64,000 nucleotides of DNA from an uncultured delta proteobacterium (lineage in GTDB: Bacteria > Myxococcota_A > Polyangia > Fen-1088): contig CAVYGB010000008.1 in the NCBI GenBank assembly GCA_963767925.1, forward strand, positions 1,728,001 to 1,792,000, given 5' to 3'. A program made the position numbers and the translations under genes. How positions within the stretch are numbered: the first letter of the stretch is position 1; each line of letters starts with the position of its first letter. Below the pieces are notes generated by a model. It had not been told where the DNA came from. It saw nothing but the letters and a program-made list of their open reading frames with translations, and made no database searches. Positions 29,836 through 41,471 of this stretch are shown here, one piece after another.

Positions 29836-31460
29836 TCATTCGTAGCGGAGACCGTCGACTGGCCGCATGCGTGAAGCCAGGCTGGCCGGGTACAGGGTGG
29901 CCAGGCAGCACAGCACCAGGGCCAGGGCCGCGACCGTGACGATCTCCCCGGCGCGCATGACGACTGGGAGCTGGCTGATGTAATAGACGTCGGTCGGCAG
30001 GGGCAGGCCGAAGTCGCGGATGAGGTAACAACCCGCCACCCCGGTTGTCACGCCGACCGCCAGCCCCAGCAGCCCGATGTACAGGCCCTCGGCGAAGAAG
30101 ACCCGGAGGATGGCGCCGTCGGAGGCCCCCATGGCCTTGAGGATGGCGACCTCCCTGCCCTTCTCGGTGACCATCATGATCAGGTTCGACACGATGGAGA
30201 ACGAGGCCACCAGAGCGATGAAGGTCAGCACGATGAACATGGCGATCTTCTCGAGCCGCAGCGCCATGAACAGCCCGCGGTTGAGCTCCTGCCAGGAGCG
30301 CACCTCGTAGGGGGGCGGAAGCACCGCCTGGATGGCGGTGGCCACCTCGCCCGCCCGCTCGGGGGTGGAGGTCCGCACGTCGACGCCGCTCACCTCGCCC
30401 GGCATCCCCAGGAAGCTCTGGGCGGCCTCGAGCGAGATATAGGCGAGCTTGGAGTCGAACTCGTACATGCCGCTGTAAAAGTGGCCGGCTACCCGGAACG
30501 TCCGGATGTTGGGCCGGGCTCCGGTCGGCCCGATCTTGCACAGGGGGCAAACCAGGTCGACGGGGCTGCCCAGGAACACCCGGAGGTTCCGGCCGTAGAG
30601 CTCCTCGCCGAGGATGATGGTGGGGGCCGGGGTGTCCGTGGCGGCCGGGGGCGGCACCCGCAGCGAGGGCCGCGGCCGCAGGGCGGGGACCGGCTCCTCC
30701 CCGTCGTTGTAGCCGTCCGGGCCGGGACCGTCGGAGCGGAGCTGGATCTCGTCGTCGATGAGGCCCGGAGGTGGGGGGATGCTCGGCTTGACCAGCTCGG
30801 GGCGCGCGAGGTGATCGATCTTCCCTTCCCGGAGGGTCCGGTTCAGGTCGAGCACGCCCGGGGCGGTGGCCGGGTCGATGCCGCGCAGGACGACGCCGGC
30901 CGGGGAGCTGGCCGCGTAGAGCATGACCTCGCTCTCGATGTAGGGGGTGGAGGCCACCACACCCGGGATAGCGGCGATGCGGGCGCGCACGTCCTTCCAG
31001 TCGATGAAGGGCTTGTCGTCGCCGCGGCTGATGACGACGTCGGCCTTGGCCCCCCGGATCTTTCCCTTGAGGTCGGCCTCGAACCCCGACATCACCGACA
31101 GGGCGATGATGGGGGCGGCGGTTCCCAGGAAGACCCCGAAGATCGAGATGGCGGTGAAGACCGTGAAGCTCGAAAACAGGATCCCCAGGTAGCTGATGAT
31201 GCCGCCGAGGATGATGCCGATGATGCCCCCCTGGCGCAGGTAGTCGACCACGGCCGGGGGACGGCCGCGCAGAAAGCCGAGCTGAGGCTCGACCTGCCGG
31301 CCGAACCAGGCGGAGGCGCCCAGCGCGGCCAGGCCCAGGGCCAGCAACACGAGGCCCAGGACCAGGGTCCGCCGCGACCGCCGCTCGGGGTCGCGCAGGT
31401 GCCGCCAGGCGACGAACCACTCGAAGCCGCGGCCAGGCCGGGCGGTCGGGGGCGGTACCA

Positions 31461-31461
<1 letters not shown>
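29836..31461 (-). CDS. lolC: LolC/E-family lipoprotein-releasing ABC permease
   Basis: 'LSVMSGFE', 'SGMYEFDS', 'SWQELN..LFMALRLEK', 'EKGREVAILKAMGAS', 'PVDGLRYE'; ATG overlaps lysS stop. Confidence 0.9.
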
Positions 31462-33050
<1,589 letters not shown>

Positions 33051-33065
33051 GGGCTTATGACCAGA

Positions 33066-33149
33066 TCATCCACATTTCATCCACAGCCGCTAGATTCGCA
33101 GCCAGTTGAAATGACAAGGGTTTTTCAGATCTATCCACAGTTATCCACA
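33066..33149 (+). promoter_or_regulatory. Cluster of four co-oriented DnaA boxes
   Basis: TCATCCACA 33066-74, TCATCCACA 33077-85, CTATCCACA 33131-39, perfect TTATCCACA 33141-49, in an AT-richer 107-bp gap. Confidence 0.7.
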
Positions 33150-33157
33150 CCCGACCC

Positions 33158-34301
33158 TCAGTCGGTCTTGGCCCCGGTCAGGGACTTGTGGGCGGTGGGA
33201 TCCCCGGCGAGCGTGAGCAACATGGCCACCATGAACTCGTCGAGGTCGCCATCGAGGACGGCGTCGACGTTCCCGAGCTTGATCTCGGTGCGGTGGTCCG
33301 AGACGAGGCGGTAGGGCGCCAGCACGTAGGACCGGATCTGGCTGCCCCACTCGATCGCCTTCTTGGCGGCGTGAATGCCGCCCATCTTCTCCTCCATCTT
33401 GCGCTGCTCGAGCTCGATCAGCTTCGAGCGGAGGATGCGCATGGCGGTCGCGCGGTTCTTGTGCTGCGACCGCTCGGACTGGCAATGCACGGCGATCCCG
33501 CTGGGCACGTGGGTGATGCGGATGGCCGACTCCGTCTTGTTGACGTGCTGGCCGCCGGCGCCGCCCGAGCGCATCGTCTCCACGCGCAGATCCTTGTCGT
33601 CGATCTCGACCTTCACCGTCTCGTCGATGTCGGGATAGACGAAGACGCTGGCAAACGAGGTGTGCCGGCGGGCCTGGGCGTCGTACGGGGAGATCCGCAC
33701 CAGGCGATGCACCCCCGCTTCCGCCCGCGTGTATCCGTAGGCCCACTCACCCCGGATGCCCAGCGTGACGCTCTTTATGCCCGCCTCGTCGCCGGGCTGG
33801 TGGTCGAGGAGCTCGAGCTCGTAGCCGCGGCGCTGGGCCCAGCGGGTGTACATCCGCTGCAGCATCTCGGCCCAGTCCTGCGATTCGGTCCCGCCGGCCC
33901 CGGCGTTGATGGAGAGGAGGGCACCCTGCCGGTCGTAGGGACCGGACAACATGCGAGCGAACTCCATCTTGTCGACGGCCGCCTCGCCGGCGGAGAGGCT
34001 GACCGACACCTCGGCTGCCGTAGCTTCGTCCTTCGCCTCGTCGGCCAGGTCGATGAGGATGCGGGCCTCCTCGACCACCCGGAGCTGGGCCTCGAAGCCG
34101 TCGACGGCCGACTTGAGCCGGGCCTGCTCCTTGAGCACGCCCTGGGCCCGGTCGCTGTCGTTCCAGAAGTCGGGCTCGCCGGCGCGGGCCTCGAGCTCCG
34201 CTATCGCGCGTTTCTTGCCGTCGATGTCAAAGATACCCCCGGAGGGCCTGCAGGCGGCTCTCCAGCTTGCTGGCACGCTCTCGGAGGGGGCTGATTTCCA
34301 T
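33158..34301 (-). CDS. prfB: Peptide chain release factor 2 with +1 programmed ribosomal frameshift
   Basis: ORF1 ATG 34301 MEISP...LRGYL, then CTT-TGA-C (34232-34226) preceded by CGGGGG-TAT; ORF2 has GGQ motif and 'RISPYD'. Confidence 0.97.
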
Positions 34302-34309
34302 GGCCGCGG

Positions 34310-34338
34310 AGAATAGCAGCCGGGAAAACCGCCGCCAA
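34310..34338 (-). promoter_or_regulatory. Sigma70 promoter for prfB, probably leaderless
   Basis: TTGGCG-17bp-TATTCT-8nt-ATG; no SD. Confidence 0.55.
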
Positions 34339-34340
34339 GC

Positions 34341-34460
34341 TCATCTACGGGATCGTCTGAGCGGTCATCTAAACCGTCATTTGAACGGTCATCTAGCCCG
34401 TCGTCTGAGCGGTCGTCCGAGCGGTCGTCCGAGCGGTCGTCCGAGCGGTCATCCAGTCGG
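34341..34460. repeat. Ten tandem 12-bp units (consensus TCRTCYGAGCGG)
   Basis: Units read directly; three identical TCGTCCGAGCGG copies at 34413-34448. Confidence 0.9.
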
Positions 34461-35081
34461 TCACGGGGAAGGATCCCGCCGGTAGTTCTCCTTGAGGCGG
34501 ACGTATTTGGCGGCGAGCGCCCGGTGAAAGGCCTCGTCGGCGTCCCCCAGGGTGCGCACCACCCGGGCGGGCGCACCCAGCACGAGGCTGCGGGGCGGGA
34601 CCCGGGTACCCGGGGTGACCAGGGCGGCGGCCCCCACCACCGAGCCCGCCCCGATGACGGCGTCGTCGAGAATGGTGGCCTGCATGCCCACGATGCAGCC
34701 ATCCTCCACCCGGCAGCCATGCAACATCACCCGGTGGCCGATCACGGTCTCCGCCCCCACGGCGCAGGGGCTGAAATCACCGACGTGTAGGACCGACCCG
34801 TCCTGGACGTTGGAGCCCCGCCCCACCGTCACCGGCGCCAGATCGCCGCGCAGCACGGCGTTGAACCAGACCGAGACACCCGCCGAGAGGCGGACGTCGC
34901 CCACCAGAGCCGCGCCCGGGCAGACCAGCACGTCGTCGGCCAGGGTGGGCAGCAAGGCCTGGTAGCGGTCGATGAGCGCCCGCGGGAAGCGGCGCCGCAG
35001 CTCCTCCACCCGGGCATCGAGGGCAGGCGCGTCCGGGTGGGGACCGTCGACCAGGGGAACCGAGCTGGTGCTCGTCGCCAT
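34461..35081 (-). CDS. Gamma carbonic anhydrase-like (YrdA/PaaY) hexapeptide protein
   Basis: 'VWFNAVLRGD', 'SNVQDGSVLH', 'IGHRVMLHGC'. Confidence 0.93.
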   Translation of the reverse strand: MATSTSSVPLVDGPHPDAPALDARVEELRRRFPRALIDRYQALLPTLADDVLVCPGAALVGDVRLSAGVSVWFNAVLRGDLAPVTVGRGSNVQDGSVLHVGDFSPCAVGAETVIGHRVMLHGCRVEDGCIVGMQATILDDAVIGAGSVVGAAALVTPGTRVPPRSLVLGAPARVVRTLGDADEAFHRALAAKYVRLKENYRRDPSP

Positions 35082-35093
35082 GGCCCGGCCCGG

Positions 35094-36488
35094 TCAGGCC
35101 GAGATCAGGTGGAGCTGCCGGAGCCGCCCCGGCGGGACCACCGTGAGCGGGTACTTGTTCGAGAAGCACGCGTCACACAGGCCGTGGTTCTCGTCGGGCG
35201 AGCGGCTCTGTCCGACGGCGGTGTGCAGCCCGTCCAGCGAGAGGTAGCCCAGCGAGTCGGCGCCCACGAAGGTCCGGATGTCCTCCACCGACTGCGAAGA
35301 CGCGATGAGCTCGTCGCGCGAAGGGGTGTCGATGCCGTAGTGGCAGGGGCCGATCGCCGGAGGTGAGCTGATGCGCATGTGGATCTCGCGCGCGCCGGCC
35401 GAGCGGATCATGCCGATGATCTTGCGCGAGGTCGTTCCGCGGACGATGGAGTCGTCCACCACGACCACCCGCTTGCCCGCCAGCACCTCCCGCACCGGAG
35501 AGAGCTTGAGCTTCACGCCGAAGTGCCGGATCGACTGGGAGGGCTCGATGAAGGTACGCCCGGCATAGTGCGACCGCATGAGGCCCTGCCCGAAGGGGAT
35601 GCCGCTCTCCCGGGCGTAACCGATAGCAGCGGCGGTTCCAGAATCGGGGACCGGGATGACGACGTCGGCCGAGGTGGGATGTTCGACGGCGAGCCGGCGG
35701 CCCATGTTCTCGCGGGTCCGGTAGACCGAGGCGCCCGCGATGGTCGAGTCGGGACGCGAGAAATAGACCCACTCGAACACACACCGGCGCGGGGACTGGG
35801 CCCCGAACGGGCGCAGGCTGCGCAGGCCGTTCTCGTCGATGATCAGCATCTCCCCGGGGTCGATGTCGCGCACGAACTCCGCCTCGATGAGATCGAAGGC
35901 GCAGGTCTCGGAGGCCACCACCCAGGCGTCGCGCACCCGGCCGAGCGAGAGCGGCCGGATGCCCATGGGATCGCGCACCGCGATCAACATCGACGGCGAC
36001 ATCAGGGCCAGGGAGAAGGCCCCCCGGACCTCCCGGAGGGCGTCAGCGAGCTGCTCGGGCAGGCTGCGCTGCCGCGAGCGGGCGATGAGGTGCAAGATCA
36101 CCTCGGTGTCCGAGGTGGTCTGGAAGATCGAGCCCTCGTCCTCGAGGCGGGCCCGCAGGTCGCTGAAGTTGATCAGGTTGCCGTTGTGGGCGACCGCCAG
36201 CGACCCGTCGGAGTAATTGACCGCGATGGGCTGGGCGTTCTTGATGGTCGAGTCACCTGCCGTGGAGTAGCGAACGTGCCCGATGGCCGCTGGACCGGGC
36301 AGCCGGGCCAGGCGGTCGGCGGTGAAGATCTCCCGCACATGACCCATCTCCCGGATGAGCCGCAGGTTCTCTCCATCTCCGGCCACGATGCCGGCCGACT
36401 CCTGGCCCCGGTGCTGGAGCGCGTGCAAGCCGAGGTAGGCGAGGTTCGCCGCTTCCGGGTGGCCGAAAATGCCGATTACGCCGCACAT
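35094..36488 (-). CDS. purF: Amidophosphoribosyltransferase
   Basis: N-terminal MCG, '[10 protein letters not shown]', 'GHVRYST', '[12 protein letters not shown]'. Confidence 0.98.
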   Translation of the reverse strand: MCGVIGIFGHPEAANLAYLGLHALQHRGQESAGIVAGDGENLRLIREMGHVREIFTADRLARLPGPAAIGHVRYSTAGDSTIKNAQPIAVNYSDGSLAVAHNGNLINFSDLRARLEDEGSIFQTTSDTEVILHLIARSRQRSLPEQLADALREVRGAFSLALMSPSMLIAVRDPMGIRPLSLGRVRDAWVVASETCAFDLIEAEFVRDIDPGEMLIIDENGLRSLRPFGAQSPRRCVFEWVYFSRPDSTIAGASVYRTRENMGRRLAVEHPTSADVVIPVPDSGTAAAIGYARESGIPFGQGLMRSHYAGRTFIEPSQSIRHFGVKLKLSPVREVLAGKRVVVVDDSIVRGTTSRKIIGMIRSAGAREIHMRISSPPAIGPCHYGIDTPSRDELIASSQSVEDIRTFVGADSLGYLSLDGLHTAVGQSRSPDENHGLCDACFSNKYPLTVVPPGRLRQLHLISA

Positions 36489-36572
36489 GGGCGTGCGGAA
36501 GGTACCATACCGGACCCAGGCGCGCCTCGATTTCGGGCCCGCCCGCGGCGGCGCGATCGGGAGCTGTCTTCT

Positions 36573-37184
36573 TCAGGTGCGGCGGTGCAGTTTCTTCTTC
36601 GCCCAGGCGGGAGCCGACGCGACGCCTCCGGCGGCCGCCTCCTCGGGCGCCGGCAGCGATGGGGGCGGCTCGGGCGCGCGCGGAGGCATCGGCGCTGCCA
36701 CCAGCGAAGGTGCGCTGTCGCTGATCCGGGGCAGAGCGTCCGGGTCCGGCGTGGCGGCGACCCGCGAGGGGACGCTCAACCGCGGCGGCGCCCGATGGCC
36801 GCTCTCCTCGCCTGTCTCCGACCGGCGCACGGCCGCGCGAGCCTGCGCGTCGCTCGCCTCCGCCCCCTGACCCATCTCGAGGCGTCCCTTGTAGGTGGCG
36901 CCCTCCTCCATCACCACGCGGGGGGCCACGATGTCGCCCACCACGCGGGCCCGTTCCGCCAGGCGAATGCTCTCCACGGCGGTGAGGTTGCCGACCACCA
37001 CGCCTGAAATGAGGATCACCCGCGCTTCGACGTCGGCCTGGATGATCGCGCCGTCCTCGACCGTGAAGGTCGAGGACAGCTGGACCCGTCCTTCGACGCG
37101 GCCGCGGACGACGACGTCCTCGTCGCCGCGCAGCTCACCCGCGACGCGGGTCGCGGGTCCGATGATGGTCTCTTTGTCCGCCAT
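36573..37184 (-). CDS. Bactofilin with Pro-rich, basic-ended tail (BacP-like)
   Basis: Bactofilin beta-helix 'TIIGPATRVAGEL...VVGDIVAPRVVMEEGA' plus ~100-aa disordered tail ending 'KKKLHRRT'. Confidence 0.88.
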   Translation of the reverse strand: MADKETIIGPATRVAGELRGDEDVVVRGRVEGRVQLSSTFTVEDGAIIQADVEARVILISGVVVGNLTAVESIRLAERARVVGDIVAPRVVMEEGATYKGRLEMGQGAEASDAQARAAVRRSETGEESGHRAPPRLSVPSRVAATPDPDALPRISDSAPSLVAAPMPPRAPEPPPSLPAPEEAAAGGVASAPAWAKKKLHRRT

Positions 37185-37193
37185 GTTCGGACC

Positions 37194-37535
37194 TTACACG
37201 TCCATGTCGATGTTGCCTTTGTAGGCGGCTCCATCCGCGATGACGATGCGGGGGGTTTTGATGTCCCCGACCATCTTACCGTTGGCCCGCACCTCCACCC
37301 GCTCACGGGCCACGACGTTGCCCGTGACCCTGCCTCCCACGCTGAGCGACTGGGTCTCGATGTCGGCCTCCACGTTGGCGCCCGGCTCCACGGCCAGCGT
37401 CTGGGTTGTGGAGATCTTCCCTTTGACCGTGCCGAGGACCGTCAGCGGCTCTTCCCCGCTCACCTCGCCGTCGATGACGATGCCGCTGCTGATGACCGTG
37501 TTACCCATCGGTTTTTCTCTTTCCTGCTTGGCCAT
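37194..37535 (-). CDS. Bactofilin (BacO-like)
   Basis: 'TVISSGIVIDGEV', 'MVGDIKTPRIVIADGAAYKGNIDMDV'. Confidence 0.9.
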   Translation of the reverse strand: MAKQEREKPMGNTVISSGIVIDGEVSGEEPLTVLGTVKGKISTTQTLAVEPGANVEADIETQSLSVGGRVTGNVVARERVEVRANGKMVGDIKTPRIVIADGAAYKGNIDMDV

Positions 37536-37558
37536 TCATCATTCCGGAGCGCCCATTG

Positions 37559-37924
37559 CTAGGCGGCGTCGCGCTTGAGGAGCTTGATGCCCTCGGGGAG
37601 CTCGACGTCCATGTCGATGTTTCCCGAGAAGCGCGCACCGTCTTCGATGACGATGCGTGGTGCACGCAAGCTCCCCACGACGCGCGCCGTGTTGTGCAGA
37701 ACAGCGGCCTTGCTGGCAACTACGTCGCCCCGCAGCTCGCCTCTCACGGTCGCCTCGGCCACGTCCACGTCCGCCGCGACGAGGCCACCTTCTTCCACGG
37801 TCAGCCTCGTCTCGATTCCCACCCGTCCTTCCACCCTCCCGAGCACCACCAGATCCTGGTTGCCCGAGATGTTTCCCTTCACCGTGACCTTAGCCCCTAT
37901 TAAGCAGGGTTCCTTCTCGCCCAT
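37559..37924 (-). CDS. Bactofilin (BacN-like)
   Basis: 'IGAKVTVKGNISG', 'LRAPRIVIEDGARFSGNIDMDV'. Confidence 0.9.
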   Translation of the reverse strand: MGEKEPCLIGAKVTVKGNISGNQDLVVLGRVEGRVGIETRLTVEEGGLVAADVDVAEATVRGELRGDVVASKAAVLHNTARVVGSLRAPRIVIEDGARFSGNIDMDVELPEGIKLLKRDAA

Positions 37925-37946
37925 GATCGCCTCCAGCCCCTACCCG

Positions 37947-38010
37947 ACAATATCGCGGGCGCGACGAGGGTGTCAACGACGAGCGCGAGTCACGCTCTTC
38001 TTTTTTTTGT
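37947..38010 (-). promoter_or_regulatory. Strong sigma70 promoter of the bactofilin operon with upstream A-tract
   Basis: TTGACA (37976-71)-18bp-TATTGT (37952-47); A-run at ~38001-38008 on minus; GGAGG SD. Confidence 0.65.
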
Positions 38011-38075
38011 TCGCTTCGGTTTGCTCGGCTTCTGCTTGGCTTGGCGAGGAGCTTGCGTTCGCGAGTTGGCTTTGC

Positions 38076-38936
38076 TCACCACTGCCCGAGCAGCGCCACG
38101 CCGGGATAGAGGATCCAGGTTCCGGTGTCGATGTCGCGGCCCGCTCCGAACGCGTCGAGGCGAGCGGTCCCGAGAAAACGCACGACCGTGAGCTCGAAGG
38201 CGAGAAAGAGGACCTTGTAGCCGATGGCCGCGCCGCCCTGCAGCCCGAAGATGGCGCCCTGCCCGCTCACCCGGGCCAGGTCCTCGCTGGCTACGGCGCC
38301 GCCCGCCCCGGGGGCGCTGAGCGCGAGCGAGGCGCCGTAGTGGCTGTAGACGAGACGCGGTCCGCCCCAGATCCGATAGAAGTCACCCTGCCGGCCCGCC
38401 ACCAGGGGGATGTCGATGTTCCAGCGCGCGAATTCGTCGAGCCGCACGATCGGGAGGATGTCGCCGATGGGCAGCGAGAAGCCCGAGCGCTGGATGCCGA
38501 GCCCGATCGTCACGTCCCAGCCCGCAGTCGGGATCGGGTCGGGGCCGGCGTCCGTCGCCGCATCGTCCGGACGGTGCTGGCGCAGGAGCTGCCGCCGGAC
38601 CCCGATCCGCCAGGCCGACGCGGCGTAACGCAGGCCCACCTCCCAGTTCGCGCCCGGGGCGTAGGTGACGCCCACATGTTCGACCACCGAGGGCGGGCTC
38701 AGGGCGAGGTTGAACCCGGCCGCGAACACGGTGCGCTTGTCCTCCTCGCTCAGCATGTCCGCGGAGGCGAGCGCCTTGGCCGTGTCGATGGTGCGGGTCA
38801 CCGCGCCGGTCGGGATCGAGCCATCCAGACCGATCTCCAGGCTCACGCCCCCGGGCGGCAAGACGTGCGCGGGCTGGAAGCTCGACAGGGAGGTGGCACA
38901 GCCGGTGGCGAGGAGCGCGAGCAGGAGGCGTTTCAT
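38076..38936 (-). CDS. Lipoprotein with putative outer-membrane beta-barrel
   Basis: 'MKRLLLALLATGC' lipobox; amphipathic strands; C-terminal Trp. Confidence 0.7.
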   Translation of the reverse strand: MKRLLLALLATGCATSLSSFQPAHVLPPGGVSLEIGLDGSIPTGAVTRTIDTAKALASADMLSEEDKRTVFAAGFNLALSPPSVVEHVGVTYAPGANWEVGLRYAASAWRIGVRRQLLRQHRPDDAATDAGPDPIPTAGWDVTIGLGIQRSGFSLPIGDILPIVRLDEFARWNIDIPLVAGRQGDFYRIWGGPRLVYSHYGASLALSAPGAGGAVASEDLARVSGQGAIFGLQGGAAIGYKVLFLAFELTVVRFLGTARLDAFGAGRDIDTGTWILYPGVALLGQW

Positions 38937-39000
38937 CGGGTCCTGGCCATGGTCGCCCTGGCCTGCGCCCGACACAAGGGCGGCTATATATTTCCAGGCC

Positions 39001-39579
39001 ATGGTCACCGACCCCCTGCCGAGGGTGGCCCGCCTGCGCAAGCAATACGAGGCGAGCGACGCCCGCAGCACGCTGGCGCTCCCCGACGCCGCCACCTTGC
39101 AGCGGCTGACCGCCGAGCTGGGGGAGGCCCTGGCGGGCGGCGCGCGCACGGACGTCAAGAAGAGCGCAAGCAAGCTGCTCGATCTGCTGGCGGCGTTCCA
39201 CGGCGTCAGCCGGCCGCGGCTGGACGTGCTCGGCGCCCGGCCCCTCAAAGTCATCGAGGGGCACATGTCGTACGAGCTGTTCGGGGACTACACCATGGCC
39301 AGTCAGACCATCCGCGTCTGGATGCGCACGGCCGTCCTGGGGAAGGTGACCAGCCACCGCGGCCTGCTCAACACCCTGCTGCACGAGTTCTGCCACCACC
39401 TCGACGTCCGGGCCCTCGAGCTACCCGACACCCCCCACACGCGGGGGTTCTTCACCCGCATCGACGACCTCTACCACCTGGCCCTGGCGACCCCTCCCGA
39501 TCGGCGCAAGCCGCTGGTCTGGATCAAGAGCCGCGGGGGCTGGCGGATCGACTGGCAGCGGGTTCGCAGCCTGGGCTGA
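39001..39579 (+). CDS. Small HExxH zinc metalloprotease-like protein (SprT/Wss1-like minigluzincin)
   Basis: 'LLNTLLHEFCHHLD' followed by 'TPHTRGFF'; no signal peptide. Confidence 0.7.
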   Translation: MVTDPLPRVARLRKQYEASDARSTLALPDAATLQRLTAELGEALAGGARTDVKKSASKLLDLLAAFHGVSRPRLDVLGARPLKVIEGHMSYELFGDYTMASQTIRVWMRTAVLGKVTSHRGLLNTLLHEFCHHLDVRALELPDTPHTRGFFTRIDDLYHLALATPPDRRKPLVWIKSRGGWRIDWQRVRSLG

Positions 39580-39588
39580 CCGGAGCGT

Positions 39589-40497
39589 TCAGGTTTTCGC
39601 CGGCGCGGGCGGGAACACCCCTTGTTTGGCCAGCTCGGCCAGCACGGCCTGCAGGTCCTGCCAGGCCTGGCGCTTGGCCTCGGGCGTGCGCAGCAGGTAG
39701 GCCGGGTGGTAGGTGGGCATGACCGGGATGCCCTGATAGCTGCGGAGGTTGCCCCGCAGGCGGGTGATGGGCGTGCTCTCGCGGCAGAGGGCCTGCGCGG
39801 CGAACTTGCCGAGGGCCACGATCATGCGGGGTTGCAGGGCGGCGAGCTGACGCTGCAAGAACGGCTCGCAGGACGCCACCTCGTCCGGCTCGGGGTTGCG
39901 GTTGTAGGGCGGACGGCACTTGATGACGTTGCAGATGTAGACGTCCTCGCGCCGGAAGCCCATGGCCGCGATCATCCGGGTCAGGAGCTGCCCGGCCGCG
40001 CCGACGAACGGCTCGCCCTGCTCGTCCTCGTCGGCGCCCGGAGCCTCGCCCACGAAGACGAGGTCGGCCTCGGGGTTGCCAGCGCCAAAGACGATCTGCT
40101 TGCGGCCGGCCGACAGCTTGCAGCGCGTGCAGGCGCCCAGATCCTCGCGCACCGCCCGCAGGGCCGCCGACCCGCCCCGCCCTGGCGCCACCGGCACCGG
40201 CGCGACGAGCGGGATGGGAGCGGCGACCGGGGCAGGCGCGGCGACGGGGGTGGGAGCGCCGGCCGGCGCACGAGCGACCACCGCACCTGGAACGACAGGC
40301 GCGTGCATCGGAGCGGCCGGGCGCGCCTCGGCCCGGGGCGCAGGGGCTGCCTGCGAGCTCCTGGGGACGCCGAGCGTACCGGATCGCGCGCGCGCCTCCA
40401 GGTGGGCCCGGAAGGCGCCGACGAGGGTGGCGAGCTTGGCGGTGAGCGTACGGCGATCTTCGTTCAAAGGCGGTTCCTCGAGCAGGGGCGGCCTCAC
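39589..40497 (-). CDS. udg: Uracil-DNA glycosylase family 4 (Fe-S)
   Basis: 'CTRCKL', '[11 protein letters not shown]', 'KCRPPYNR', 'TYHPAYLLR'; start codon uncertain. Confidence 0.93.
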   Translation of the reverse strand: MRPPLLEEPPLNEDRRTLTAKLATLVGAFRAHLEARARSGTLGVPRSSQAAPAPRAEARPAAPMHAPVVPGAVVARAPAGAPTPVAAPAPVAAPIPLVAPVPVAPGRGGSAALRAVREDLGACTRCKLSAGRKQIVFGAGNPEADLVFVGEAPGADEDEQGEPFVGAAGQLLTRMIAAMGFRREDVYICNVIKCRPPYNRNPEPDEVASCEPFLQRQLAALQPRMIVALGKFAAQALCRESTPITRLRGNLRSYQGIPVMPTYHPAYLLRTPEAKRQAWQDLQAVLAELAKQGVFPPAPAKT

Positions 40498-41471
40498 GGC
40501 TTCATCAGCGCGTCGAGGGCGATGGCGTAATAGAAGGTGGCCGCGGTCTCGTCATCGAAGCCGGGCTGACGTCCGATGGTTCCCGACATGGTGCCGACCC
40601 GGGTGTCGAGCCTGCCCATGATGGTCTGGTGGGTGCGCAGGAAAGAGGGGTCGGTCGCCACCACGTAGGCCCGGCCCAGCGCGGCGGCGACGCAGGCGTT
40701 CCAGCAGTTCTCGTCGATCGGCCGCGCCACGAACCCCTCGGGCAGGGCCGGCGCCACCCGCTCGCGCAGCCAGGCGCCCATGAACGGCGTGGAGCCCTCG
40801 GCGGCGAGCACGGCGAGCACCCGGGTGGCGGTGGTCGACGAGAAGTCGAAGAGCCCCTCGGTGGCGGCCGGCTCCGACCCGAAGGCGGGGAGCGACTTCA
40901 TTCCAAAGGCGCGATCCACGAACCCGCGGGCGCTGGCCAGCAGGCCGCGATCGCCCACCGCCCGGGCGTAGTCGGCCAGGTTCCAGGCCAGAAAACCCGG
41001 GTCGGCGAAGGCGCGGCCGCCGAGGTCCTCGAGGTCGTTGAGGTAGGCCGCCAGCAACCGGGCCGCGGTCAGCGGCACGCCCCGGATCCCCGCCCGCTGC
41101 GCGCCGGCCGGATCGGCCAGGGCGGCCCGCAACAGGAGGGCGCAGTCGTAGGGGGCCTCGTCGCTCGAGCCCGAGCCGAGCGCGCTGGGGATGAAACGCG
41201 ACCAGACGGTGCCGAGGAGACGCCAGGCGGCGGTGATGTGGGCGGAGAAGGCGTCGTTTCCCCCGACGGCCTGGGCTCGTACCCAGAGCCACAACGCCGA
41301 CAGGGTCCCGTGGAAATCGAGATCCTCGCAGCCGGGCCAGGGCGGGACGTTGCCCCGGTGGGGACCCAGCGTCACCTGCCGGGTGGCCAGCGTCTCGCCC
41401 GCGTGGTGAAGCTTGCGAACCGCCAGGTTGGTCTGGACCCGGAACAGGTCGTCCCGCGACAGGCTCGCCAT
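40494..41471 (-). CDS. Hypothetical all-helical protein (possible alpha/alpha toroid)
   Basis: Overlaps coaBC stop and udg start; good codon bias; no recognised motif. Confidence 0.7.
   Translation of the reverse strand: MASLSRDDLFRVQTNLAVRKLHHAGETLATRQVTLGPHRGNVPPWPGCEDLDFHGTLSALWLWVRAQAVGGNDAFSAHITAAWRLLGTVWSRFIPSALGSGSSDEAPYDCALLLRAALADPAGAQRAGIRGVPLTAARLLAAYLNDLEDLGGRAFADPGFLAWNLADYARAVGDRGLLASARGFVDRAFGMKSLPAFGSEPAATEGLFDFSSTTATRVLAVLAAEGSTPFMGAWLRERVAPALPEGFVARPIDENCWNACVAAALGRAYVVATDPSFLRTHQTIMGRLDTRVGTMSGTIGRQPGFDDETAATFYYAIALDALMKP

Noticed and set aside
33051..33157. Chromosomal oriC
   Set aside because: No dnaA/dnaN/gidA nearby, no clear DUE or DnaA-trio run, no switch in gene orientation; kept as a DnaA-box cluster only.
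34341..34460. Possible CRISPR array
   Set aside because: Contiguous 12-bp units with no spacers and no cas genes.
34302..34720. Apparent RF2 N-terminal extension containing (DDRS)n
   Set aside because: Artefact of the +1 frame running through the minisatellite; the true start is ATG 34301 with a programmed frameshift.
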